Positions 18,369-27,576 of a DNA stretch of 64,000 bases are shown piece after piece. The stretch lies in NCBI GenBank assembly GCA_015062525.1, contig SUUM01000003.1, positions 24,012-88,011 on the forward strand. Direction: 5' to 3'. Each line of letters starts with the position of its first letter. The first letter of the stretch is position 1. Source of the DNA: Alphaproteobacteria bacterium (GTDB lineage: Bacteria; Pseudomonadota; Alphaproteobacteria; Rs-D84). A program made the position numbers and the translations under genes. Under the pieces are notes generated by a model, which worked only from the letters and a program-made list of their open reading frames with translations, made no database searches and was not told where the DNA came from.

Positions 18369-19202
18369 ATGACAAAACAGATGCCAGGTTTTCAAGATTA
18401 TAAAAACTCTAAAGAAGAAAAAATAAAGACAGAGCTAGATAAAAAAACAAAAGAAAATGAAAGACAAGAATTCCTTAAGATGCAATTAAAAAAATTTGGG
18501 ACTATATTCAAACATACCAGTAAAAAAGATTTGGCTTTTAATGATTTTTTAAGAACGTTTTTTCAGGTTCAAACAATATCTTTTTTAATTGGCAGTATGG
18601 CATTTCTTTTTTCGAGCCGTACACAGTTTGTTAATGATTATGGAAAAACAACGGGTGGTATTATTAATAATCCGTTGAATGAGATTTATGGTGACGATAT
18701 GTCTTATGGTCAAGCCATAAAAAATGCATATCTGCTTGAAGATTGGCGTAACGACAAAGGAGGTGTATTTCAAGGGATATGCGGTTTGTTAAGTATGATA
18801 ATTGCTTTGGTTTTAGCAACCCGTGAAGGTTCTCGTAAAGTAAAATCTAACATGATAAAATCAAGAACTATTTTGTTGCAATTGGATGAATTAAAAAAAT
18901 ATGGTATAGATGTAAAACAGTTAATTGAAAAATTAGGCCCAGGAGCAGAAAAACTTATTTCTGCAATGTCAGAGAAAGATAGGGGGTATTTTGATAATTT
19001 AGTTGCTGGGGGACTGGATAAAGCAAATTATGAAACGTGTGTTGCTATTGTGTCTGGTTATTTAAAATCACATCCTAAAGAATATGAAAAAGTTGTTGAA
19101 ATCATTGATGAAGCAACCTTGCCAGATGAAATCAAAAAGAAATACGGCAAAGGAAAAACGATTTCGTTTGATGCTGCTAGGGAGATATCGTCAGAAAGAT
19201 AA
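18369..19202 (+). CDS. Hypothetical membrane protein (277 aa; K/E-rich N-terminus, two TM segments), candidate secreted effector
   Basis: ORF with AAAAGGA RBS. TM segments ISFLIGSMAFLF and GICGLLSMIIALVLA. Terminator at 19213-19243. AT-rich composition differs from flanking housekeeping genes. Confidence 0.5.
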   Translation: MTKQMPGFQDYKNSKEEKIKTELDKKTKENERQEFLKMQLKKFGTIFKHTSKKDLAFNDFLRTFFQVQTISFLIGSMAFLFSSRTQFVNDYGKTTGGIINNPLNEIYGDDMSYGQAIKNAYLLEDWRNDKGGVFQGICGLLSMIIALVLATREGSRKVKSNMIKSRTILLQLDELKKYGIDVKQLIEKLGPGAEKLISAMSEKDRGYFDNLVAGGLDKANYETCVAIVSGYLKSHPKEYEKVVEIIDEATLPDEIKKKYGKGKTISFDAAREISSER

Positions 19203-19343
19203 AAATAAATTCAAACTCACCATCTTGGTGAGTTATTTATTTTCGCCCATGCACCACAACCACTTTGAACGATAATATCTGGCAGGGCGGGTTATTGTTA
19301 TAAAAATAATCTTTTTACTAGTCCGAAAGTAAAAAAGCCTTTC

Positions 19344-20444
19344 TTAATCAGAAATTTCTTCAACCATTTTATACAAGTCTTTAAATCTGTATATTGATGG
19401 GCTCTGACCAGTACCTCTTTCTTCTACTTCAAGAATTTTTTTATCTTCTAAGCTTTTTAACAGAGATCTTGCGGTACTTGCTTTAATTCCGGTTTTTTCT
19501 ATAAAATCGGTCGTTTTAAATTTAATTTGCTTAAACAAGAAGTTTAGTACAGGTATACAAAACTGTGTTTTTAAATCCGATATTTCTTCTTCCGTTTTTC
19601 TTCTGATTTCTTTTAATCGTCTAAGAGTGTTTGTTAATACAATGGTTTGTTGTTCTATCGCTGTTATGAAAAAATTAATCCAAGTTTGCCAGTCATTTTC
19701 TTTTGATATTTTTTCTAATGCATTGATGTATTTTGTTCTGTTTATAGAAAAATAATAACTTATATAAAAATATGGCGTAGATAAGATATTATATTTTTTT
19801 AAGAGTATCGGTATCAAAATACGACCAACTCTACCATTTCCGTCCTCAAAAGGGTGTATTAATTCAAAATACGCATGAATAATGGCAGTTTTTATTAAAA
19901 GGTTTTCTGAATGATTTGAGTTTATGAAGTCAATCAAGTTATTCATATATTCTTCTGTGTGCAAATATGATACGGGAGTATAAGTTATTTCTCCGTCATA
20001 TTTATTGCCAATATAATTTTGTTTTTCTTTATATTTCCCTTTTAATTTATCGCCACCCCTAGAATTCGTTAATATAATGGCCTGAATATTTTTAATCAAT
20101 CTACTCGTAATTTTAAAATTGTTATCTTCTGCTTCTTTTATGCAATAACCCAAAGCATCTTTATAATTTTCTATTTCTGTTGCGTCTTTTTCTAATCTTT
20201 CAGATAAATTCTTACCAACTTTATAGTTTAAGATATCTGTAATTGTGGCTATAGTACCTTCTAATCTTGAAGACATTACAGATTCTTGATAAAAAAGTAT
20301 ACTTGTTAATACTTCTGGATAAGGAATAAATTCTACCATGCCATCGTATTTAGCTAATTTCAATAAAGCACTATTAGTATTTTCAGAAAAAGATATATCT
20401 GTCAATATATCTGGAAATTTTTTTAATACAAAAGAATTTGTCAT
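19344..20444 (-). CDS. Fic family protein (AMPylator/FIDO fold), class II, with an N-terminal autoinhibitory SxxxEG motif and a C-terminal winged-helix domain
   Basis: Catalytic motif HPFEDGNGRVGR present. Inhibitory helix motif …MSSRLEGT… about 50 aa from the N-terminus. C-terminal ~80 aa are wHTH-like. Confidence 0.9.
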   Translation of the reverse strand: MTNSFVLKKFPDILTDISFSENTNSALLKLAKYDGMVEFIPYPEVLTSILFYQESVMSSRLEGTIATITDILNYKVGKNLSERLEKDATEIENYKDALGYCIKEAEDNNFKITSRLIKNIQAIILTNSRGGDKLKGKYKEKQNYIGNKYDGEITYTPVSYLHTEEYMNNLIDFINSNHSENLLIKTAIIHAYFELIHPFEDGNGRVGRILIPILLKKYNILSTPYFYISYYFSINRTKYINALEKISKENDWQTWINFFITAIEQQTIVLTNTLRRLKEIRRKTEEEISDLKTQFCIPVLNFLFKQIKFKTTDFIEKTGIKASTARSLLKSLEDKKILEVEERGTGQSPSIYRFKDLYKMVEEISD

Positions 20445-20479
20445 TATAAGACCTTTTATTACAATATTAGCAAAACCAG

Positions 20480-20533
20480 TTGCTTATATTATAAAATAAG
20501 CAATAGAATTAGTCAACATTATAATATAAGCAA
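20480..20533. promoter_or_regulatory. Perfect 15-bp inverted repeat (TTGCTTATATTATAA…TTATAATATAAGCAA) with a 24-bp spacer that holds a third half-site. Candidate operator in the fic promoter region.
   Basis: Read directly from the sequence, 36-90 bp upstream of the fic start codon. TATAAT-like hexamers lie inside each arm. Confidence 0.45.
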
Positions 20534-20734
20534 TTATTTGGTTCGAAAGCGTTGATAAAGAGATAATTTTTCTAAAAATTACTTTCGGATTCACCAAATA
20601 CTTGTATTACAAACAAAAAATGCCTCATTGGGCATTTTGTTAACTATGGTCGGTCGCGCACACAGGGGCCTGCGATGCCCCCCACTAAAAATTTCTTTAA
20701 AGCTCTCTGGAATGCGCTACGTATCCTTGATAAA

Positions 20735-20980
20735 TCATTTCCAAAAATGTCTTTTTGCGAATGCGTGTCCGGAACCCGTTTTAAGATATTGTTCAAAATC
20801 CAATGCAGCGTCTTTGGAACTAAACGCAAAATAATTTACCAATTCCCAAGGTTTATATTTTGCTGTATGTATTGAATATCCCGCATTATGTTGCTTTAAC
20901 CGCTGTTTCAAATCATCAGTTTGCCCGATGTATTTTTGTTCTGGACGGGAAATGCTTTTTATAAGATAGACATAAAACAT
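20735..20980 (-). CDS. GIY-YIG nuclease-family small protein (81 aa; UvrC-N-terminal-like)
   Basis: Motifs YVYLIKS…KYIGQTDDLKQRLKQHN. Located immediately beside tRNA-Gln. Confidence 0.85.
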   Translation of the reverse strand: MFYVYLIKSISRPEQKYIGQTDDLKQRLKQHNAGYSIHTAKYKPWELVNYFAFSSKDAALDFEQYLKTGSGHAFAKRHFWK

Positions 20981-21078
20981 TTACAAGTCCCCCTTCGTTA
21001 AAACTTCGGGCGACACTACTTCGCCTATGCTTCTCGCCTTGTGTGGCCTGCCACACGAAGCCTCGTAGAGGCGAAGTG

Positions 21079-21152
21079 TGGTTGGGGCGCACGGATTCGA
21101 ACCATGATAAAGAGAACCAAAATCTCTTGTCCTACCATTAGACGACACCCCA
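21079..21152 (-). tRNA. tRNA-Gln (anticodon UUG)
   Basis: 74-nt cloverleaf. U1-A72 acceptor pair and UGGGG start typical of bacterial tRNA-Gln. Anticodon loop TTTTGGT, T-loop TTCGAAT, encoded CCA. Confidence 0.8.
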
Positions 21153-21235
21153 ATTGCGCTTGCAATTATACCCACCCCACAAAATTTTGCAATAATAAAA
21201 TATCATCCAAACAAAATCCCCCTGTCGGGGGATTT

Positions 21236-21838
21236 CTAAGATTCTTCTTCCATCTCTTCTTCTTCATCAGATTCGACGGCATTCAAATCAATTTCCTTGG
21301 GAATACCTAAAATATCTTCAATTTTGTCCGACGCCGCATCCAGGTCAATCTTATGCAGCACTGCAAATTCCTGGGCCATACGTTCCAGCGCACGCAAATA
21401 TAACTGGCGCGCGGAAAACGTCATTGTGTCCGCCGCACTACGCCGTTGCAAATCACGTACCACCTCGGCCAACTTCATTGGGTCACCCGAATTGATATTT
21501 TCTTCGTACTGGGCGGCACGTCGCGCCCAAATCATACGTTTTACACCCGCCTTGCCCTTGGCGGATGCAATCGCCTCGTCCATTTTTTTGGCGGTCGTCA
21601 ACGGACGCAACCCTGAAATTTCTGCACGTTCCACTGGCACACGCAACGTCATATGGTTACGTTCAAAATCAATCACCAACATTTTTATTTTCTGTCCAGC
21701 GATTACTTGTTCCTCGATACGAACCAGCTTTCCAACACCCTGGGTTGGATAGACAACATACTGTCCCGTTTTAAAATCTAGCTTTTTACTTGGCATTATT
21801 GGATACCCTTTTACGGTTGCCATTCTCTCTGTACCCAA
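21236..21838 (-). CDS. carD: CarD-family transcriptional regulator (CdnL-like, RNAP-binding) with an acidic C-terminal tail
   Basis: N-terminal RID-like domain (KTGQYVVYPTQGVGKLVRIEEQVIAGQ…). Acidic tail ESDEEEEMEEES. Confidence 0.75.
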   Translation of the reverse strand: MGTERMATVKGYPIMPSKKLDFKTGQYVVYPTQGVGKLVRIEEQVIAGQKIKMLVIDFERNHMTLRVPVERAEISGLRPLTTAKKMDEAIASAKGKAGVKRMIWARRAAQYEENINSGDPMKLAEVVRDLQRRSAADTMTFSARQLYLRALERMAQEFAVLHKIDLDAASDKIEDILGIPKEIDLNAVESDEEEEMEEES

Positions 21839-21918
21839 TTATTATATCACAAAAAACCAGAAAAACAAACATTTGTCAAAAAAATATCTTGCACACACCA
21901 TTCATTCACAACCAAGGT

Positions 21919-22581
21919 TTATACCGCATGCTTTTTCAACAAACTTTGCACCGCCAACGGAAAATCAGTCGCCCGCGCCAAATAAGACCCCGACACTAAC
22001 AAATCCGCCCCCGCGTCCCAACATAACTGGGCTGTTTTGTCGTTAATTCCCCCATCAACAGAAATTGTGAATTTCAAACCATACTTTTTACGCGTCGCGG
22101 CCATCACAGAAATCTTGTGCAACGCGCCCGGGTCAAATGCCTGCCCCGCCGCCCCCGGCGCAACAGACATAACCATAACCTCGTCCACATCGCGCAAAAT
22201 CGGCTTTAACAGCGCAACATTTGAATCTGGATGCAACGCCACCCCAACGCGTCGTCCCGCCGCACGCACATTACGCAACGCCGTCTTGAACCCGGACGTA
22301 TTGGTTGACAATATCACCGTATCTGCCCCCACCGCAATCGCATCCGCCGCCCACACAACCGGACTTTCAGTCATCAAATGCACATGCAAGTGCGCATTGG
22401 TTCGGGCACGAATATTTTTTAACTCGTCAATTCCACCGGCAATTCTGTCTACATAGAACCCATCCATAATATCAACATGAATCATAGAAATCCCACCCGA
22501 CTGAAACAGTGAATACGTTTCCGCCCGTCTCATATCAAAACATAAACTGCTGGGCAAAATCGGAATAAATCTTTGAACTTT
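21919..22581 (-). CDS. rpe: Ribulose-phosphate 3-epimerase domain, in frame with and directly continuing the ftsA reading frame (no own start codon; boundary approximate)
   Basis: …IPILPSSLCFDMRRAETYSLFQSGGISMIHVDIMDGFYVD… aligns with the Rpe N-terminus (IAPSILSADF…HFDVMDNHYVPN). C-terminal TIM-barrel motifs present (…SVDGGIN…). Confidence 0.75.
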   Translation of the reverse strand, partial: KVQRFIPILPSSLCFDMRRAETYSLFQSGGISMIHVDIMDGFYVDRIAGGIDELKNIRARTNAHLHVHLMTESPVVWAADAIAVGADTVILSTNTSGFKTALRNVRAAGRRVGVALHPDSNVALLKPILRDVDEVMVMSVAPGAAGQAFDPGALHKISVMAATRKKYGLKFTISVDGGINDKTAQLCWDAGADLLVSGSYLARATDFPLAVQSLLKKHAV

Positions 22582-23697
22582 CTTGGGCTTGCGATGGAAA
22601 ATTTTTCCAATCCAACTTGTACGTCGCGCCCAGCGTTCATGTCGCGAAATATAACTTTGCCTATGTGCCGATTCCCCATTCCAAACATAATCAGACAGCG
22701 CACGCACCGTTGCATCCGCCGACAGCACTTCGGTCATAACGGCAAATGCATTTTCAATAAAATCACGCAACCCTTCAATCTCGGCACCACCACCGGACAA
22801 AACAATCTTGGTCGGACGATATTTGGTAAAGGACGGCAAACATTGGTCCTTTAATTGCCCGATAATATCAACCAATATCGGCAACACAATGTCATTTACA
22901 TCCCCGCGCGAAAAATCATAGGCACGATCGGCGGGCGCAAATCGGTCCATTTCCTTGGGTACCAGGGATGCCACCGCACGTTTTATCCTGTCTGCAGAAT
23001 CAAAGTCTATATTTAACTTATCAACAATGGCGCGTGTAATATCCGTGCCACCCTTTTCTATTTTCGCATGCCAAACGGGGCCACGGTCGGTCCATATAGA
23101 CGCGCTTGTAAATTGGGCACCAAAATCAACGAACAACGTATTTTGTTTTTCTGCGCGCACAATTGCATTTTGTACAAATTGCGGATCAAACATAGCATCC
23201 GCCTGAATATGCGCGCCGCGCAACTTTTCAAATACCGCATCCACACCATCGCGCGAATAATAAATCACCCCAAACGCAGAAATCAACTGCCGGTCAACAT
23301 GTCCCAGGGGCGACACCATATTTCGCGCCTGGGGCGCATCATACCGCAGTGGCACAATATGCATTGGGAAAAATCCGTCCGCGGGTTTAATTTGCGAGAT
23401 TTGATTTCTAACATCCGTCATAGTAATCTTGTGTTCCCCACCCCAAACGGTACTTTTCGCACACATTTCATATTTTGATATACCAAAATTCCCCGTGATA
23501 AAGGCACTATCAAAATGGGAACCGATTTGTTTTTCCAATTCATCCACAACGGACTTAATCGCAAATACCGTATCATAACTGTCCATTGAAAAGAACGCAG
23601 ATTTATCAATCTTTGCGCTACGCACACGATGTGCAATACCACGCACACCACACGTGCCAATATCAAGACACAAAAAAGACGAATCAAATAAATTCAT
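22582..23697 (-). CDS. ftsA: Cell division protein FtsA (actin-like ATPase), lacking its own stop codon and reading through into rpe
   Basis: LDIGTCGVRGIA (phosphate 1), FVDFGAQFTSASIW, GGTDITRAI, IVLSGGGAEIEGL, and a C-terminal amphipathic membrane-targeting helix (WARRTSWIGKIFHRKPKK). ftsQ lies immediately upstream. Confidence 0.7.
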
Positions 23698-23701
23698 ACC
23701 C

Positions 23702-24409
23702 TTACTTTACCAATATTCGTGATGCATCGCGCATATCTATCACGCTTATATCACGCTTGAAAATCTGATGATTATTATTCAGCGACACCAATGTTCCAAT
23801 CGCCCCAATTGGATTTTCCTCGGGCAACAGAACCGTGATACCACCCATTATATGCAGATTCCAACGTCTGTTCTCAATCCATTCAAGATAATCCAGCATC
23901 CCCACCAAATTATGTGCAGCCTTGGTAATTTCATCTATATCATTTGGCACCACACCACGAAACACAACATGCGCCACATCACGCGCATCAGTTGGTTTAT
24001 TTACAATTGTACCATCCGCCGACAACGGGTAAAAATGTTCCCCATCTGTCCACAATGCCACCGCCGTGTACAAAGAAACCCGAACCACTAAATTTCCGTT
24101 TGGCAAACGACGAACCGCGGACTTTTTTACCCCCGGCACCGCCCCAACACGTGCATTCAGCGCATCTAAATCAACCGAATAAGACTGCGTTCCCGGCGCA
24201 ACCGTCGCCGCCATCGCCAGCGCAGATAAATCCTTGTTATTTTTATCCGCAGTAATTGAAATATTACGCACCCGCGAAATATTACCATGCCCCATTCCAA
24301 CCATAATGATACGAGACGCAAAATAGACCGCCAAAATTACGGAAACAATAAAACACAACCAAAACCAGATTGACCGCTTCATAAGCACAATTATATCACA
24401 AAAAAACAC
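23702..24409 (-). CDS. ftsQ: Cell division protein FtsQ/DivIB (bitopic, POTRA domain)
   Basis: N-terminal TM (SIWFWLCFIVSVILAVYFA). Size and position upstream of ftsA fit FtsQ. Confidence 0.7.
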   Translation of the reverse strand: MFFCDIIVLMKRSIWFWLCFIVSVILAVYFASRIIMVGMGHGNISRVRNISITADKNNKDLSALAMAATVAPGTQSYSVDLDALNARVGAVPGVKKSAVRRLPNGNLVVRVSLYTAVALWTDGEHFYPLSADGTIVNKPTDARDVAHVVFRGVVPNDIDEITKAAHNLVGMLDYLEWIENRRWNLHIMGGITVLLPEENPIGAIGTLVSLNNNHQIFKRDISVIDMRDASRILVK

Positions 24410-24455
24410 AATTATCTAAAATAAATAAAAATTTATCTACAGTTTCGGGGGACTT

Positions 24456-25262
24456 TTATTGCATAAACTGTGTTGCGATACTGCCCAATGATTGCAAAGC
24501 ACCCATTCCACCACTGTTTGCAACCCCACCAACTGTTTGCATAATCGTCGCAGTATTGGTCTTTTGCCCCAAACCACCAACGGTATCAACCAAAAATTCA
24601 CCCCACAATGCTTTTTTCTTGGCGTTTAATTTTGCATACGAACAATTTTCAATCTTGGAAATCAACGTTCCGGCCATTTTTGCTTCTTGCTGGGTATAGT
24701 CCGCCGTATCAAAATCAATCAAATTAAACACATCATATATATTGGATACATACTGTTTATTTTTATCCGAACACCCGGTCAGAGAACCATCCGTACAATA
24801 ATAAGTACTGACCGCCATTGGGAACTTTTCCCAGACCATCCCGTCATTACCGCTGCCCCCAAACCAATCATAGCAGATTAAATCTTTTTCATCTGTCCCT
24901 TGGGCAATACGCGTGGTCGATTCATAACCACCCGTTGGCGTCGTACAGCGTTTCATACCCAATGATGTCTGAACTTCGTCCGCGGTCTTGGCACCTGTTT
25001 TTGCCCATTCTTTGATGGTATTATTCACAAAGGTTATTTCAGAACTGCTGGGGATACATTCAGCGGTCAACGCCTTTTGCTGTTGTGTTAATTGTTTAAC
25101 CCCACTGACCAGTCCCAAAACAGATCCAACCAAACTGGCTGTATTATCTGTGGTTGACGCTGCCTTGGTCGCAACGGGCGCGGCCTTTTTAATGGTAACA
25201 GCCATGGCAACATTCTGCGCCATGAATATGGTCCCAACAAAGAACAGTAAAAATTTCTTCAT
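24456..25262 (-). CDS. Secreted Cys-rich hypothetical protein (268 aa)
   Basis: Signal peptide MKKFLLFFVGTIFMAQNVAMA. 10 Cys. No catalytic motif recognised. Confidence 0.5.
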   Translation of the reverse strand: MKKFLLFFVGTIFMAQNVAMAVTIKKAAPVATKAASTTDNTASLVGSVLGLVSGVKQLTQQQKALTAECIPSSSEITFVNNTIKEWAKTGAKTADEVQTSLGMKRCTTPTGGYESTTRIAQGTDEKDLICYDWFGGSGNDGMVWEKFPMAVSTYYCTDGSLTGCSDKNKQYVSNIYDVFNLIDFDTADYTQQEAKMAGTLISKIENCSYAKLNAKKKALWGEFLVDTVGGLGQKTNTATIMQTVGGVANSGGMGALQSLGSIATQFMQ

Positions 25263-25348
25263 CTCTCTTGGGATTAATTATAACACAAAAAAAAGTCCCC
25301 TCAAATATAAAAATTGCATTTTCGTTATTTACGGTCTAAACTGGACAC

Positions 25349-25828
25349 GTGCACAAAGACAAACGCAATTTTATCATATTCACAAAACACAGACGCCTTA
25401 AACGCCTGTGGCAGTTCTTTTTTACCGGCTGGGGACTGGTGATGGTTGCGGCATTGGTTGCGGGTGCCCTGTTCACCAAGCAAATTCTTTGGACCCCAAT
25501 ATCTGCGATTAACATGACCGACATTGTCAGTAATCAGTTCAAAATGTCCGGCGCATCATTTGTTGGCACGAACAAAAACGGCGAACCATTCAAACTTAGC
25601 GCCCAAACCGGCTACCAAGAATATGACAACCCAGATATAATCTTTATGGACACGGTATCCGGAACAATACGTCGCACAACAAACAATACCAAGATTACAG
25701 ATAATATCACGGCAAACCGCGGTCAATACAACCGCACAAAGAAAACAATAACCCTGACGGGCAACGTACGTGTCGATTCCAGCAATGGCGACCGCCTGCG
25801 CACAGACGAATTGGTGATAAGACTATGA
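25349..25828 (+). CDS. LptC-like (OstA-fold, membrane-anchored) LPS transport protein
   Basis: 159 aa. N-terminal TM anchor (LWQFFFTGWGLVMVAALVAGALF) and a beta-jellyroll-like body (…ITLTGNVRVDSSNGDRLRTDELV). Overlaps the lptB start by 4 nt (ATGA). Confidence 0.55.
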   Translation: MHKDKRNFIIFTKHRRLKRLWQFFFTGWGLVMVAALVAGALFTKQILWTPISAINMTDIVSNQFKMSGASFVGTNKNGEPFKLSAQTGYQEYDNPDIIFMDTVSGTIRRTTNNTKITDNITANRGQYNRTKKTITLTGNVRVDSSNGDRLRTDELVIRL

Positions 25829-26553
25829 AACAATCAGTATTACGTGTTGAACATTTATCAAAATCCTATGGCAAACGCATGGTAATCCGGGACGTTTCCC
25901 TTATTGCGCGCCAGGGTGAATCGGTGGGCCTGCTGGGGCCAAACGGCGCGGGCAAAACAACGGCATTTTATTGCATAACGGGCCAATTGGCGGCAACCGG
26001 CGGTCAAATTTTCCTTAACTCCCAGGACATAACCCACCTGCCGTTTTATCAACGCGCACGCCTGCACATCGGCTATCTGCCCCAGGAAAACAGTGTATTC
26101 CGCGGACTGACGGTTGAACAAAACATTATGGCAATTCTGGAAGTTGTCGAACCAGATAAAAAGAAACGCCAAAAGAAACTGGATTCCCTGCTGGATGAAT
26201 TTTCCATCACATCCCTGCGTCGCAGTCCTGCAACCGCCCTGTCGGGTGGTGAACGTCGTCGCGTTGAAATTGCGCGTGCCTTGGCAAACGACCCAAAATT
26301 TATTTTGCTGGACGAACCATTTGCGGGCATTGACCCAATCGCGGTAAATGAAATCCGCAGCCTGGTATCCCAGTTAAAGAATCGTGGCCTGGGGGTAATT
26401 ATCACCGACCATAATGTGCGTGAAACATTGGGTATCACCGACCGCAGTTATGTTCTGCACGACGGCAGAATCTTAAAGCACGGAACCACATCTGAAATCG
26501 TCCAAGACGAAATGGTAAAAAAAGTATATCTGGGCGAAGATTTTGTTATGTAA
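25825..26553 (+). CDS. lptB: LPS export ABC transporter ATP-binding protein LptB
   Basis: Walker A GPNGAGKTT, signature LSGGERRRVEIARAL, Walker B ILLDEP. 242 aa. Confidence 0.9.
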   Translation: MKQSVLRVEHLSKSYGKRMVIRDVSLIARQGESVGLLGPNGAGKTTAFYCITGQLAATGGQIFLNSQDITHLPFYQRARLHIGYLPQENSVFRGLTVEQNIMAILEVVEPDKKKRQKKLDSLLDEFSITSLRRSPATALSGGERRRVEIARALANDPKFILLDEPFAGIDPIAVNEIRSLVSQLKNRGLGVIITDHNVRETLGITDRSYVLHDGRILKHGTTSEIVQDEMVKKVYLGEDFVM

Positions 26554-26610
26554 ATTTTCTAAAAACCAGAATTCAAATACAGATTTAGTGGTCAGTACAC
26601 AAACCACTAA

Positions 26611-26636
26611 AAAATCCCCCAATCGGGGGGATTTTC
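26611..26636. terminator. Hairpin terminator (aaaatcccccaatcgggggatttt), preceded by a second hairpin at 26585-26610. Lies between convergent lptB and ung.
   Basis: 10-bp stem with flanking A and T runs. Confidence 0.55.
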
Positions 26637-27298
26637 TACCACTCAATCGGCGCTTTACCATTTTGTGTTAAATACTGGTTCGCGCGACTAAAATGTTTGC
26701 ACCCAAAAAAACCACGATACGCCGATAATGGTGACGGATGCACACTTTTCAAAATCAGATTTTTTTCCGGATTTACAAATGCTGCTTTTTTCTGTGCATA
26801 ACTGCCCCATAACATAAAGACAATATTGTCGCGCGCACTAACCGCACGAATAACACTGTCGGTAAATTCTTCCCATCCGCGCCCTGCGTGCGATGCCGCC
26901 GCATGCGCCCGAACAGTTAATGTTACGTTCAATAACAACACCCCCTGGTTTGCCCAGTGCGTCAAATCACCATTTGTAATCGATTTTCGTCCCAAATCAG
27001 ATTCAATTTCTTTATAGATATTCACCAGTGATGGCGGGATTGGCGTCGGCGGCAACACCGAAAAACACAGGCCATGCGCCTGACCCGGTTCGTGATATGG
27101 GTCCTGACCAATAATTACAACCTTGACCCGGTCTAGCGGACACAAATTGAACGCATTAAAAATATTTTGTGGCGCGGGGTACACGGCTTTCCCGGACAAA
27201 TATTCCCCCCGCACAAAATCAGTCAATTTGATAAAATAGTCTTTATCAAATTCTGTCGCCAATGCATCTTTCCAAGATTGTTCAATTTTCACATTCAT
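26636..27298 (-). CDS. ung: Uracil-DNA glycosylase (family 1)
   Basis: Motif [24 protein letters not shown]. Start reassigned to the ATG at 27298 ([13 protein letters not shown]…) with a GAGGAT RBS. The ORF-track N-terminal extension is unlikely. Confidence 0.9.
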   Translation of the reverse strand: MNVKIEQSWKDALATEFDKDYFIKLTDFVRGEYLSGKAVYPAPQNIFNAFNLCPLDRVKVVIIGQDPYHEPGQAHGLCFSVLPPTPIPPSLVNIYKEIESDLGRKSITNGDLTHWANQGVLLLNVTLTVRAHAAASHAGRGWEEFTDSVIRAVSARDNIVFMLWGSYAQKKAAFVNPEKNLILKSVHPSPLSAYRGFFGCKHFSRANQYLTQNGKAPIEW

Positions 27299-27304
27299 AA
27301 TAAT

Positions 27305-27576
27305 CCTCTTCGCCCCGCACAAGGGGTGGCGCGAATGCGACGGGCTAGTGGTCGTCAACATTCGTTTTCCCCTTCTATATTTCACATGTTAACCTAACAG
27401 GCATCCACAGTTTCAAAATTAATTTCTGTGCAATGATTACGCAGCATAATCCCCTTCGCTGGCGAAGGGGTGGCGCGAATGCGACGGGGTAGTGGTCATC
27501 AACATTCGTTTTCCCCTTCTATATTTCACATGTTAACTTAACATGCATCCACAGTTTCAAAATTAATTTCTGTGCA
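27305..27576. repeat. Direct repeat of a ~113-130-bp unit, two copies with period 143 bp. Each is preceded by a GC palindrome (…ccccttcgctggcgaagggg…).
   Basis: Copy 1 at 27321-27432 and copy 2 at 27464-27576 are near-identical. They lie between ung and the HhH glycosylase-like gene. Confidence 0.85.

Noticed and set aside
26636-27385. N-terminal 29-aa extension of Ung (ORF-track start at 27385)
   Set aside because: Canonical Ung begins at MNVKIEQSW, which has a GAGGAT RBS. The extension encodes a basic, non-conserved peptide.
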